Made by a program: the position numbers and the translations under genes. Below are positions 1 to 8,180 of a DNA stretch of 20,000 nt, in pieces. Below the pieces are notes generated by a model. That model was not told where the DNA came from. It worked only from the letters and a program-made list of their open reading frames with translations, and ran no database searches. Within the stretch, counting starts at the first letter, position 1. The number at the start of each line of letters is the position of its first letter. Source of the DNA: an uncultured virus (IMG/VR IMGVR_UViG_3300010885_009424) (Duplodnaviria > Heunggongvirae > Uroviricota > Caudoviricetes); IMG/VR virus record IMGVR_UViG_3300010885_009424; one strand, written 5' to 3'.

Positions 1-2
1 AT

Positions 3-899
3 CCCGAGGGATACCGCCTGTTCGAGGACACCGAGACCGTCGATGTGAACCTCCTCATCGGTGGTCCTGATACCGATTTCGATCCGAACTCGAACGACCT
101 CACGGAGTCGGTCACGGGAGTGGTCGGTCCCTCCATCAAGGACATCGTGGATGCCCGAAAGGACTGCGTTGCGTTCCTGTCGGTTCCGAACAAGGATCCG
201 AACGAGACCGATCAGACCAAGTTGGATCGTGCGATCCAGTATCGCAACAGCATCGGTTCCTCGTCGTACTGCGTCATCGACTCGGGATACAAGTATCAGT
301 ACGACATCTACAACGACCGCTACCGTTGGGTGCCGCTGAACGGCGACATTGCAGGTCTCTGCGCCCGTTCGGATGTGAACTTCGATCCGTGGTACAGCCC
401 CGCAGGGTTCAACCGTGGTCAAGTCCGTGGCGTGGTCAAGTTGGCGTTTCAGCCCCGTCAGGCGGCTAGGGACACCCTCTACAAGAACGGCATCAATCCC
501 GTGGTCACCTTCTCGGGCGAGGGAACCATCCTCTACGGGGACAAGACCGCCCTCACGAAGCCCTCGGCGTTCGACCGCATCAATGTCCGCCGCCTCTTCA
601 TCGTGCTTGAGAAGGCGATCTCGACCGCTGCCAAGTACAGCCTGTTCGAGTTCAACGATGCCTTCACCCGCTCGCAGTTTCGCTCGCTCGTCGAGCCGTT
701 CCTGCGGGATGTTCAGGCTCGCCGTGGAATCATCGACTTCAAGGTGGTCTGCGACGAGAAGAACAACACATCAGAGATCATCGACAGCAATAGGTTCGTC
801 GCCGACATCTATATCAAGCCGAACCGCAGCATCAACTTCATCCAACTGAACTTCGTCGCCACCAAGACGGGCGTGAACTTCAACGAAATCGGTGCATGA
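3..899 (+). CDS. gp18: Tail sheath protein, T4 gp18-like (5'-truncated by window edge)
   Basis: The frame is open from position 3 (PEGYRLFEDTETVDVNLLIGG). It has the gp18 C-terminal motifs YDIYNDRYRWVPLNGDIAGLCARSD, PWYSPAGFNRG, SAFDRINVRRLFI and IYIKPNRSINFIQLNFVAT, and lies directly before gp19 and gp20. Confidence 0.97.
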   Translation, partial: PEGYRLFEDTETVDVNLLIGGPDTDFDPNSNDLTESVTGVVGPSIKDIVDARKDCVAFLSVPNKDPNETDQTKLDRAIQYRNSIGSSSYCVIDSGYKYQYDIYNDRYRWVPLNGDIAGLCARSDVNFDPWYSPAGFNRGQVRGVVKLAFQPRQAARDTLYKNGINPVVTFSGEGTILYGDKTALTKPSAFDRINVRRLFIVLEKAISTAAKYSLFEFNDAFTRSQFRSLVEPFLRDVQARRGIIDFKVVCDEKNNTSEIIDSNRFVADIYIKPNRSINFIQLNFVATKTGVNFNEIGA

Positions 900-920
900 T
901 CGTGATTATGGAAACCGAGA

Positions 921-926
921 TAGATA
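921..926 (+). promoter_or_regulatory. Late promoter-like box TAGATA upstream of gp19
   Basis: TAnATA variant of the T4 late TATAAATA box, followed by the SD AAGGAG and the gp19 ATG. Confidence 0.6.
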
Positions 927-943
927 ACAAGAAGGAGTCCTAA

Positions 944-1570
944 ATGTCACAGTTCAGCATCGACGCATTCCGTTCGGCACTCAGCAACGGTCTTGCGAGG
1001 AACAACCTCTTCCTCGTACAGGGAACCTTTCCAGGAGGCTCACAGAACGCCCTCTCGGGTGCCGCTGCGGCTGCGGGAGGGCTTCTCGGCGCAGCCTCCG
1101 CCAACTTCGGGAATGCGGCGATCAACCTGTTGGGACAGGGGAATCCGAGTTCGCAGATCCCCTTCCTCTGCAAGGCGGCGAAGGTTCCCTCAGCGACCCT
1201 TGCAATAAACAACGCATTCTATATGGGGCGTGCGTTCAAGTATCCTGGAGACAAGTCTTATGCCGATTGGACGATCACCATCTACAACGATGGCTCGTAC
1301 AGCCTCCGCAAGGCTTTCGAGGCGTGGTCGAACCTCATCAATACGAACCGCACGAATGTGGGTCCGAACGCCATGAACCAATTTATGACGGAGTGGACGG
1401 TCACTCCCCTTACTCGTGAGGGAAACCCGATCTCCCGCTACAAGTTGGTCGGTTGTTGGCCTTCCCTCATGGGCGATATCACCCTCGACATGAACGCTTC
1501 GACTGAACCCTCCACCTTCGATGTGACGATTGCATATCAGTACTTCGAGGTCGAGGGAGTCACCACCTGA
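944..1570 (+). CDS. gp19: Tail tube protein, T4 gp19-like
   Basis: Motifs ARNNLF, FLCKAAKVP, GRAFKYPGDKSYADWTITIYND, GCWPSLMGDITLD and FDVTIAYQYFE. SD AAGGAG is present, and the gene lies between sheath and portal. Confidence 0.95.
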   Translation: MSQFSIDAFRSALSNGLARNNLFLVQGTFPGGSQNALSGAAAAAGGLLGAASANFGNAAINLLGQGNPSSQIPFLCKAAKVPSATLAINNAFYMGRAFKYPGDKSYADWTITIYNDGSYSLRKAFEAWSNLINTNRTNVGPNAMNQFMTEWTVTPLTREGNPISRYKLVGCWPSLMGDITLDMNASTEPSTFDVTIAYQYFEVEGVTT

Positions 1571-1595
1571 TCCCTAGGATCAAGGCTTATACATC

Positions 1596-3098
1596 ATGGA
1601 TCTATTTGGCTTTACCCTAGGCAGGACGAAGAAGCAGAAGCAGGAAGACAAGGCTCTGAAGTCGTTTGTCGCACCGACATTCGACGACGGAGCCATTCCT
1701 GTCGAGGCGGGTGGCTTCTACGGGCAGTATGTCGATCTCGACGGCACCGTCCGAAACGACTTCGAGTTGACCATGAAGTATCGTGAGATGGCGCAGGATC
1801 CCATCGTGGAGGTCGCCATCGACGACATCGTGAACGAATGCATCATCATGGGTGAGAAGAAGGCTCCCGTGAAGATCCTGCTAGACAGGCTCAAGGCGAG
1901 CGATGCGGTGAAGGAGAGAATCCATGAGGAATTCAGGAACCTCCTCCGTGTCATGCAGTTCGAGACTAATGGATCGGAGATTTTCCGCAGATGGTTTGTG
2001 GACGGCAAGATCTTCTTCCACCTGATTATCGACGAAGACAACCCGCAGAAGGGCATCCTCGAACTTCGCTATGTCGATCCGATGAACATGCAGAAGATCA
2101 GGGAGTACACGAAGGAGACCCTCAAGAACGGCACGAAGATCATCTCGGGGTACAAGGACTTCTTCCTCTACAACAAGGACAATCCCCGTGCGGGTGGAAA
2201 TGTGGCGGGCATCAAGATCAGCGAGGATGCCATCGCCTTCTGTTCCTCGGGACTCATGGACAGCCGCTACAAGCGCACGGTGGGCTTCCTCCACAAGGCT
2301 ACCAAGCCGCTGAACCAACTCAGGATGCTAGAGGACGCAATCGTCATCTACCGCATCTCCCGTGCGCCTGAGAGGCGCATCTTCTACATCGATGTCGGCA
2401 ACCTCCCCAAGACCAAGGCGGAGCAGTATGTCAAGGATCTGATGAACCGCTACCGCAACCGCCTCGTCTACGATGCGAGTACGGGCGAGGTCAGGGACGA
2501 CAAGAAGTTCATGTCGATGCTTGAGGACTACTGGCTCCCCCGCCGTGAAGGCAGCAAGGGAACGGAGATCACCACGCTTCAGGGCGGTGCCAACCTCGGC
2601 GAACTGACCGATGTGATCTACTTTCAGAAGAAACTCTACCGCTCCCTCTGCGTCCCCGCCAGCCGCCTTGAGCAGGACAAGTCGTTCCACCTCGGTCGCT
2701 CGACGGAGATCACCCGTGATGAGGTCAGGTTCACCAAGTTCGTCCACAGGCTCCGCACCAAGTTCAGCGAACTGTTCTTCGACATCCTCAAGAAGCAGTT
2801 GATCCTCAAGAAGGTCATCACCGCCGACGAGTGGCCGAGCATGAAGGAGGCGATCTACTTCGACTTCCTCAAGGACAACCTGTTCACGGAACTGAAGAAC
2901 GCCGAACTCCGCAAGCAGCAGGTCGAGGAGTTGGGGAACATCAAACCCTACATAGGTAAGTACTACAGCCACGAATGGGTGCGCAAGAATATACTCGGAT
3001 TCAGCGAAGCCGAGATGAAGGAGATGGACAGGGAGATCGAAGCCGAGCGCAATGCGGGCAAGATTGAACCCGACAACGCACAATTCGGTCTTGCGTAA
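1596..3098 (+). CDS. gp20: Portal vertex protein, T4 gp20-like
   Basis: Motifs FRRWFVDG, LHKATKPLNQLRMLEDAIVIYRISRAPERRIFYIDVGNLPK, MLEDYWLPRREG and EITRDE; 500 aa. Confidence 0.98.
   Translation: MDLFGFTLGRTKKQKQEDKALKSFVAPTFDDGAIPVEAGGFYGQYVDLDGTVRNDFELTMKYREMAQDPIVEVAIDDIVNECIIMGEKKAPVKILLDRLKASDAVKERIHEEFRNLLRVMQFETNGSEIFRRWFVDGKIFFHLIIDEDNPQKGILELRYVDPMNMQKIREYTKETLKNGTKIISGYKDFFLYNKDNPRAGGNVAGIKISEDAIAFCSSGLMDSRYKRTVGFLHKATKPLNQLRMLEDAIVIYRISRAPERRIFYIDVGNLPKTKAEQYVKDLMNRYRNRLVYDASTGEVRDDKKFMSMLEDYWLPRREGSKGTEITTLQGGANLGELTDVIYFQKKLYRSLCVPASRLEQDKSFHLGRSTEITRDEVRFTKFVHRLRTKFSELFFDILKKQLILKKVITADEWPSMKEAIYFDFLKDNLFTELKNAELRKQQVEELGNIKPYIGKYYSHEWVRKNILGFSEAEMKEMDREIEAERNAGKIEPDNAQFGLA
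2949..2954 (+). promoter_or_regulatory. Late promoter-like box TACATA inside the 3' end of gp20, upstream of the gp67-like gene
   Basis: CCTACATA fits the TAnATA consensus and uses an ATA Ile codon that is uncommon in this gene. It lies ~150 nt upstream of 3108. Confidence 0.45.
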
Positions 3099-3107
3099 GG
3101 AGAGGTT

Positions 3108-3842
3108 ATGAGGGGATCGGAGAAAAGCCTCAGGTCGGTCATCGACAGCCTTGCAGACAAGGATGCGGAGGCTTTCCGTCTGTCCGTCCGTGGCGAACTC
3201 ATGTCACGGGTCGGATCCTCCATCTCCTCCCTGAAGAAGGATGTCTCGGAGTCGCTCGTGTCGGAGAACCTGACGGGCGCTCCGTCCGCACCTCCCGTGA
3301 CCAAGCCGATCAATTCGGGAGACTTACGGATCGTGCCCACCGCTGCGGGTGCGGCGAAGGACGACATATCGCTCGACCCCAACTTCGAGAAGGAGTACTT
3401 CCAGTCCTCCATGCTTCATCAGAACCAAAGGATCACGGTCAAGCAGGTCGGAACGGGGCTAGGCAAGCCCGTCCGCATCTACATCAACGACCGAAGGTGG
3501 GAACTCTTCCCAGGTCCGAAGGTCGCACTCAAGTCTGCGAAAGAATACATCGACGGGATGCTGAAGGATGTCCGTAAGGATCCATCCCTCGGCAAGGCGA
3601 TGACTGCGCAGATACAGAAGGACAAGGCTGCGGGAGTGGCGCAGGTCGCAGCCCCCGTCGATGCGGGCAAGCCGCACGAGGTCGCCGCTGCCGACATGAA
3701 GCGCAAGGAACTTGAGACGGGCAAGCCCGCTGTGGATGACCCGACAAAGAGGGGAGCGGCTCCTCCACCGAGGAAACCACCCGCCCCCAAGCCACCCACA
3801 CCGCCCAAGCAAAAGCCAACGAAAGAGGTCAAGCCGAAATGA
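3108..3842 (+). CDS. Prohead core protein gp67-like N-terminus with a long C-terminal extension and Pro/Lys-rich tail
   Basis: SD AAGGAGAGG and position right after the portal. The first ~55 aa (VIDSLADKDAEAFRLSVRGELMSRVGSSISSLKKDVSESL) follow the gp67 helical pattern. Confidence 0.6.
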   Translation: MRGSEKSLRSVIDSLADKDAEAFRLSVRGELMSRVGSSISSLKKDVSESLVSENLTGAPSAPPVTKPINSGDLRIVPTAAGAAKDDISLDPNFEKEYFQSSMLHQNQRITVKQVGTGLGKPVRIYINDRRWELFPGPKVALKSAKEYIDGMLKDVRKDPSLGKAMTAQIQKDKAAGVAQVAAPVDAGKPHEVAAADMKRKELETGKPAVDDPTKRGAAPPPRKPPAPKPPTPPKQKPTKEVKPK

Positions 3843-5500
3843 GCCACATCAACGACCAAGAACTTGAACGCCTTCTGAATCACGAACCCGAGGGCGATGG
3901 CATCCAAGAAGCCACCGACCCCAGTCTTTTCTACCAGATGGGCAAGGCTAAGGACAGGGCTTGCTCCTACTTCACTCAGGAGGCATGTGGTCTTGCAGTC
4001 AGTATCGACGACCTCCTCCGAGCGGGAAAGAAGGAAGAGGGACTGAAGATGCTCCAAGACCCGAAGAACAAGGGTCTTCTCTCGATCATCCCACGGGAGG
4101 TCAGGAATTGGTTCGAGATGACGGTCAGCAACTCGTACCGACCCGATGGTGAGGGGATGAGCGAGCAGAGCGGCAGGATGGCGAGCATCGCCGCCGCCGC
4201 CAAGAAGATCGGTTCGGGATCGAAGCAGAGCGGCAGTTTCGCCGCCTTCTTCAAGACTAAGGAGGACAGCACCTTCGCCACCAACGCACTCAGGTTCCGC
4301 ACGCAGGCAGAGGCGGAGGCGTATGCGAGGAACCTCTTCAGCCGATGGCTCGGCGCATCCGAGTGGAAGGTCATGCCTCACACCGACAAGCCGAACTATG
4401 AGATCGTCAACAACGAGTTGAGGTCGATCAAGGAGTCCTCCCATGACATCCAAGAGGACGAGTGGGGCGGCGGCTTTCAAAGTTCATCGGATGGCCACAA
4501 GGAAGTCCAAGCGGGTCTCAAGGGCGACTTTCAGCGTGAACGGGCACAGAAACTCAAGTTGATCGTGCAGGTCATCCGTGGTGAGATCACGAAGCAGAAG
4601 TTCAAGAAACTCACGGGCAGCGGCTTCGATGATCTGATGAGGAATTCTCCTTACTACAGGAACCAAATCAAGAGAATGTCAAAGAAGGCACTCGCTCCCG
4701 TTGTCCCCGCTACTCCAACCATGAAGGATTCGTATGAATCCAATGGCGAAGACATTCAAGAAGGCAGTCGAATTCACCCTGTGAATATGGCGTGGCTGAA
4801 ATCTTTACCAAGCGCATTTGTTGCAGAGGTGCAAGAGATCCTCAAAAAGCCTGACAGCCCCGCACGATTCAAGGCTTTATTCAATGCCGTTTTGAAACAC
4901 AAGGTCACCAGGAGCAAATACCTCAGTCTTGGGGATTCGATAGACATACTAGGAGCGCAGTTCCTTGATGTTTATCCTCACAAGCGCACTACTCCAACCA
5001 TGAAGGATTCCTACGAATCCGATGGCGAAGACATTCAAGAGAAGGTCGATATCGACGGGCGCACCCGTGCCTACAGGAACACAGTGATGCGCCTTGAGCA
5101 AGCCCGCAAGTTTCGCAACGGTAAGGGAACGGAGATGCAGGAGAACAAGTTCGGCGGTCTCTATGACGATGGCAGCGGGAAGGGTGCGTTCATCCCCGCT
5201 CCCGTGGACTTCAACTTCCAAGAGGCGATGAGGATCGTCGAGAGGTATCGCAGCCTCCGTGAGAAGAAGAAGACTCTCTTCGGCGCACCCAAAGACAAGA
5301 TGGAGGACTTGAACGCCGCTGTCGCCATGAAGAACGGAAAGTTCTCCTTGGGCGAGGCCGAGATGTCCCTGAAGCAGAAGGAGTACAGGAAGTTATTCGC
5401 CAAGGCGCTCAAGAAGTTCGGCGAGGACTCCCTTGCCGACATGAGCGATGCCGAGAAGAAGAAGTTCTTCAATTGGCTCAAGGACAATTGGAAGGGCTGA
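3839..5500 (+). CDS. Modular 553-aa putative prohead core/internal head polyprotein
   Basis: ATGA overlap with the upstream gene and location between gp20 and gp21. It has repeated linkers ending in (I/M)xE. The C-terminal module YRKLFAKALKKFGEDSLADMSDAEKKKFFNW resembles small head-cluster proteins I recall from environmental T4-like phages. The CDS is well supported, the function is inferred. Confidence 0.8.
   Translation: MSHINDQELERLLNHEPEGDGIQEATDPSLFYQMGKAKDRACSYFTQEACGLAVSIDDLLRAGKKEEGLKMLQDPKNKGLLSIIPREVRNWFEMTVSNSYRPDGEGMSEQSGRMASIAAAAKKIGSGSKQSGSFAAFFKTKEDSTFATNALRFRTQAEAEAYARNLFSRWLGASEWKVMPHTDKPNYEIVNNELRSIKESSHDIQEDEWGGGFQSSSDGHKEVQAGLKGDFQRERAQKLKLIVQVIRGEITKQKFKKLTGSGFDDLMRNSPYYRNQIKRMSKKALAPVVPATPTMKDSYESNGEDIQEGSRIHPVNMAWLKSLPSAFVAEVQEILKKPDSPARFKALFNAVLKHKVTRSKYLSLGDSIDILGAQFLDVYPHKRTTPTMKDSYESDGEDIQEKVDIDGRTRAYRNTVMRLEQARKFRNGKGTEMQENKFGGLYDDGSGKGAFIPAPVDFNFQEAMRIVERYRSLREKKKTLFGAPKDKMEDLNAAVAMKNGKFSLGEAEMSLKQKEYRKLFAKALKKFGEDSLADMSDAEKKKFFNWLKDNWKG
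4710..5040 (+). repeat. 52-nt in-frame direct repeat (4710-4761 and 4989-5040; 49/52 identical)
   Basis: ctactccaaccatgaaggattc(g/c)ta(t/c)gaatcc(a/g)atggcgaagacattcaaga, offset 279 nt, encoding TPTMKDSYES(N/D)GEDIQE twice. Confidence 0.95.
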
Positions 5501-5501
5501 C

Positions 5502-5936
5502 ATGCCGAAGGTCACCGTCAACTTCAGGAAGGAAAGCACGGCGAGGGAATTCGCCGACAACTTCTCCATACTTGATGTGGATGCCAAGGTCACGGCGAAG
5601 GGCAGTACCGCTACGGTTGTGACATCCGATCCGAGCGTGGTCGGGATGGTGAAGGCGATGATGGCTGACCTGTCGGATGATTCGAGGGTAAGCGATGCCG
5701 TCGATTCCGTTCTGACCGCCTTGCGGTCTGCGGTTGTCAGGGAAGGCAGGGTCTTCCTTGAGATGGCGGATGGATCTAGGCAGATCGTCATGCCCTCCCA
5801 TGCACGGGCGCTCGCACGAACACACGACATGTTCGCCGAGGAGAACCAAAGGGTCTTCCTTCTCCTCGTTGCAGAAAACAAGGAAGCCTACGCCCGTGCG
5901 GTCGCATTCGCACAGAACCACGAGGACAGCAAGTAA
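5502..5936 (+). CDS. Hypothetical head-cluster protein (144 aa, MPKVTVNF...)
   Basis: The ATG lies 1 nt after the upstream TGA, so the start is revised from 5448. It has a TAATG overlap with the next gene. The C-terminal pattern LEMADGS...EENQRVF...YARAVAFA is reminiscent of T4-like head-cluster hypotheticals. Confidence 0.8.
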   Translation: MPKVTVNFRKESTAREFADNFSILDVDAKVTAKGSTATVVTSDPSVVGMVKAMMADLSDDSRVSDAVDSVLTALRSAVVREGRVFLEMADGSRQIVMPSHARALARTHDMFAEENQRVFLLLVAENKEAYARAVAFAQNHEDSK

Positions 5937-6310
5937 TGGGATACACACAGATCGTCAAGACTCAGAAGCGCATCGTCTTCTCCGCCAACGGAGCGAACAC
6001 GGCTATCGGGGCGACCACCTCCGCATTCCTTGATGTGGACGGACTGACCACCACCTACGGCATTTCCAAGGGGTTGCAGTATGTCCGTGAGTCGGGAATC
6101 ACCAACGGCTCCCCGTCGATCTCGAAGATCGTCTCGGGTTCCACCGCCTTCAATGTGCAGATGTCGGGTCATATCGTGTTCACAGGACAGGCTGCGGGCG
6201 AGTACAACTTCGAGCGTTGGACGCTGAAGCATCCCCCGAGCATCGACCCAAATGGCACCATCGGCATCAATGCGGGATCGGGCACGGTCATCGTCGAGGT
6301 CATCCTCTGA
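5936..6310 (+). CDS. Hypothetical beta-rich virion/head-cluster protein (124 aa)
   Basis: Translationally coupled to the upstream gene, Gly/Thr/Ser-rich, and immediately upstream of gp21. Confidence 0.8.
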   Translation: MGYTQIVKTQKRIVFSANGANTAIGATTSAFLDVDGLTTTYGISKGLQYVRESGITNGSPSISKIVSGSTAFNVQMSGHIVFTGQAAGEYNFERWTLKHPPSIDPNGTIGINAGSGTVIVEVIL

Positions 6311-6320
6311 CGGGAAATCA

Positions 6321-6326
6321 TAGATA
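6321..6326 (+). promoter_or_regulatory. Late promoter-like box (CA)TAGATA upstream of gp21
   Basis: Intergenic TAnATA followed by an AG-rich SD and the ATG at 6343. Confidence 0.6.
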
Positions 6327-6342
6327 GGGGAAAGGAAAAAGA

Positions 6343-6987
6343 ATGAAACTGATCTGCGAGGTAAACGAGGGAATCGAAGTCCTGACCGAGGAGAAGAACG
6401 GCCAGAAGCAGTACTTCATCGAAGGTACCTTTCTCCAAGGCGACATCAAGAACCGCAACGGGCGCATCTATGAACATAAGATGCTGACCTCCAAGGTCAA
6501 CAACTACATCAAGGAGTTCGTGGAGCCTCGCAGGGCGTTCGGTGAACTCGGGCATCCCGAGGGACCGACCATCAACCTTGAGCGTGTCTCCCACATGATT
6601 ATGGAACTTGCTCCCGATGGGAAGAACTTTTACGGCAAGGCGAAGGTCACCGACACCCCCTACGGAAAGATCGTCAAGAATCTGATTGACGAGGGTGCCA
6701 GGCTCGGGGTCTCTTCCCGTGGAGTCGGTTCCATTGAGGAGAGGAACGGTGCGTCCTATGTCAAGGACGACTTCCGCCTCTCGACCGCCGCCGACATCGT
6801 CGCAGACCCTTCCGCCCCCGAGGCTTTCGTGCGTGGCGTGATGGAGGGTCGTGAGTGGATCTACGAGAACGGGCTGTTGGTCGCCAAGGATATCGACGAG
6901 ATCCGTCGAGGGATCAGCAAGGCATCGGGTAGAAAGTTGGCGGAGGCGAAGATGAACGCCTTCAAGCGTTTTATTGGTCGCCTCTGA
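6343..6987 (+). CDS. gp21: Prohead core scaffold protease, T4 gp21-like
   Basis: Motifs MKLICE, NRNGRIY, AFGELGHP, INLERVSH, LGVSSRGVGS and DIVADPSAPEAFV. Confidence 0.97.
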   Translation: MKLICEVNEGIEVLTEEKNGQKQYFIEGTFLQGDIKNRNGRIYEHKMLTSKVNNYIKEFVEPRRAFGELGHPEGPTINLERVSHMIMELAPDGKNFYGKAKVTDTPYGKIVKNLIDEGARLGVSSRGVGSIEERNGASYVKDDFRLSTAADIVADPSAPEAFVRGVMEGREWIYENGLLVAKDIDEIRRGISKASGRKLAEAKMNAFKRFIGRL

Positions 6988-7004
6988 CCAAATCCAAACC
7001 GAGA

Positions 7005-7012
7005 CATAAATA
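7005..7012 (+). promoter_or_regulatory. Late promoter CATAAATA upstream of gp22
   Basis: One mismatch to the T4 late consensus TATAAATA, followed by the SD CAGGAG. Confidence 0.75.
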
Positions 7013-7030
7013 ACCCTACAGGAGAATCAC

Positions 7031-8125
7031 ATGGATTATCAGGACAACGAAGAGATCGAAGAGATCATCCTCGATGAAGAGGAGGTCGCCGACGAGGAGA
7101 CCCCACTCGACGAAGAGGATGCACAGACGAAGCAAGGCTCCAACCTCAACGCCAAGCGTGGCGGTGATCGGAAGGTCACCGTCTCGACCACGGGCAAGGG
7201 CGGTGTCACCAATGCCTCCACCACGGGTGCGGGCATGGGCAAGTACTCGGGTCTCTACAAGGACGGCACGGGTGGCGGTGCCGTCATTCCCGAACCCGTC
7301 GATTTCGGTACGGGCGATGCCAAGAGCAGGTTCACGGCAAGCATTAAGTCGAAGAAGTCGATGCGTGGCGAGGCAATCGATGTCCACATGGATGCCATGT
7401 TCGACGGAGAGGATCTCACCGAGGACTTCAAGAACAAGGCTGCGACGATTTTCGAGGCCGCTATCAACGAGCGTGTCGAGGCGATCCGCACCGAACTTGA
7501 GGAGGAGTACAGCAACCGACTGGTCGGCGAGATTGAGGAGAGCAAGAACGCCCTCACGCAGCAGTTGGACTCGTATCTCTCGTATGTCGTTCAGGAATGG
7601 GTCGAGGAGAACCGCCTCGCCGTCGAGAAGGGCATCCGCACCGAGGTCGCCGAGGAGTTCATGGACGGTCTCCGCAATCTGTTCCTTGAGCATGACATCA
7701 TGGTCCCCGAGGCGAAGATCGACCTTGCCGACAGGATGGCTGATGTCAACGAGCAACTGAAGGACCGCCTCGACGAGGAGATGCACAAGAACATCGAACT
7801 CACCGAGCGGGTGAAGGGCTTCCGCCGCCATCAGATGCTTGACGAGATGAGCGGAGACCTCACCCTCTCTCAGAAGGAGCGTTTCCGCACCCTCGCTGAT
7901 GGAGTCATCCTTGAGGGCGACGACGATCAGATCCGCAACAGGCTCGGGGTGATCCGTGAGTCGTACTTCAATGGCAAGAGTCGCAGGGCTGTCATCAACG
8001 AAGAAACCGCAGCCACCGTTGAGGAAGGTCTTGACGAGAAGGTCGGCGGAGAAGAGCGATCACAGAATATCAGCGAGTCGATGCGGGTTTACGCCGACAC
8101 GCTGCGCAGGCTTACCAAGCGGTAA
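7031..8125 (+). CDS. gp22: Prohead core scaffold protein, T4 gp22-like
   Basis: Motifs LTEDFKNKAATIFEAA, LDSYLSYVVQEWVEENRLAVEKGIRTE and IRESYF. It is an acidic coiled-coil protein between gp21 and gp23. Confidence 0.95.
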   Translation: MDYQDNEEIEEIILDEEEVADEETPLDEEDAQTKQGSNLNAKRGGDRKVTVSTTGKGGVTNASTTGAGMGKYSGLYKDGTGGGAVIPEPVDFGTGDAKSRFTASIKSKKSMRGEAIDVHMDAMFDGEDLTEDFKNKAATIFEAAINERVEAIRTELEEEYSNRLVGEIEESKNALTQQLDSYLSYVVQEWVEENRLAVEKGIRTEVAEEFMDGLRNLFLEHDIMVPEAKIDLADRMADVNEQLKDRLDEEMHKNIELTERVKGFRRHQMLDEMSGDLTLSQKERFRTLADGVILEGDDDQIRNRLGVIRESYFNGKSRRAVINEETAATVEEGLDEKVGGEERSQNISESMRVYADTLRRLTKR

Positions 8126-8137
8126 AAACCGACTTGG

Positions 8138-8144
8138 CTAAATA
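8138..8144 (+). promoter_or_regulatory. Late promoter CTAAATA upstream of gp23
   Basis: TAAATA box in an AT-rich intergenic gap, followed by CAGGAG. Confidence 0.75.
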
Positions 8145-8180
8145 AATCAACCTTTCACAAAAAACAGGAGAAGAGAAGAG

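Noticed and set aside
1587..1595. TTATACATC before gp20 as a late promoter
   Set aside because: It mismatches the final A of TAnATA and abuts the ATG without the 5-6 nt spacing seen elsewhere.
4710..5040. Direct repeat considered as a CRISPR array, IS target duplication, intron or intein boundary
   Set aside because: There are only two copies, in frame and coding, with no transposase, splicing or intein motifs.
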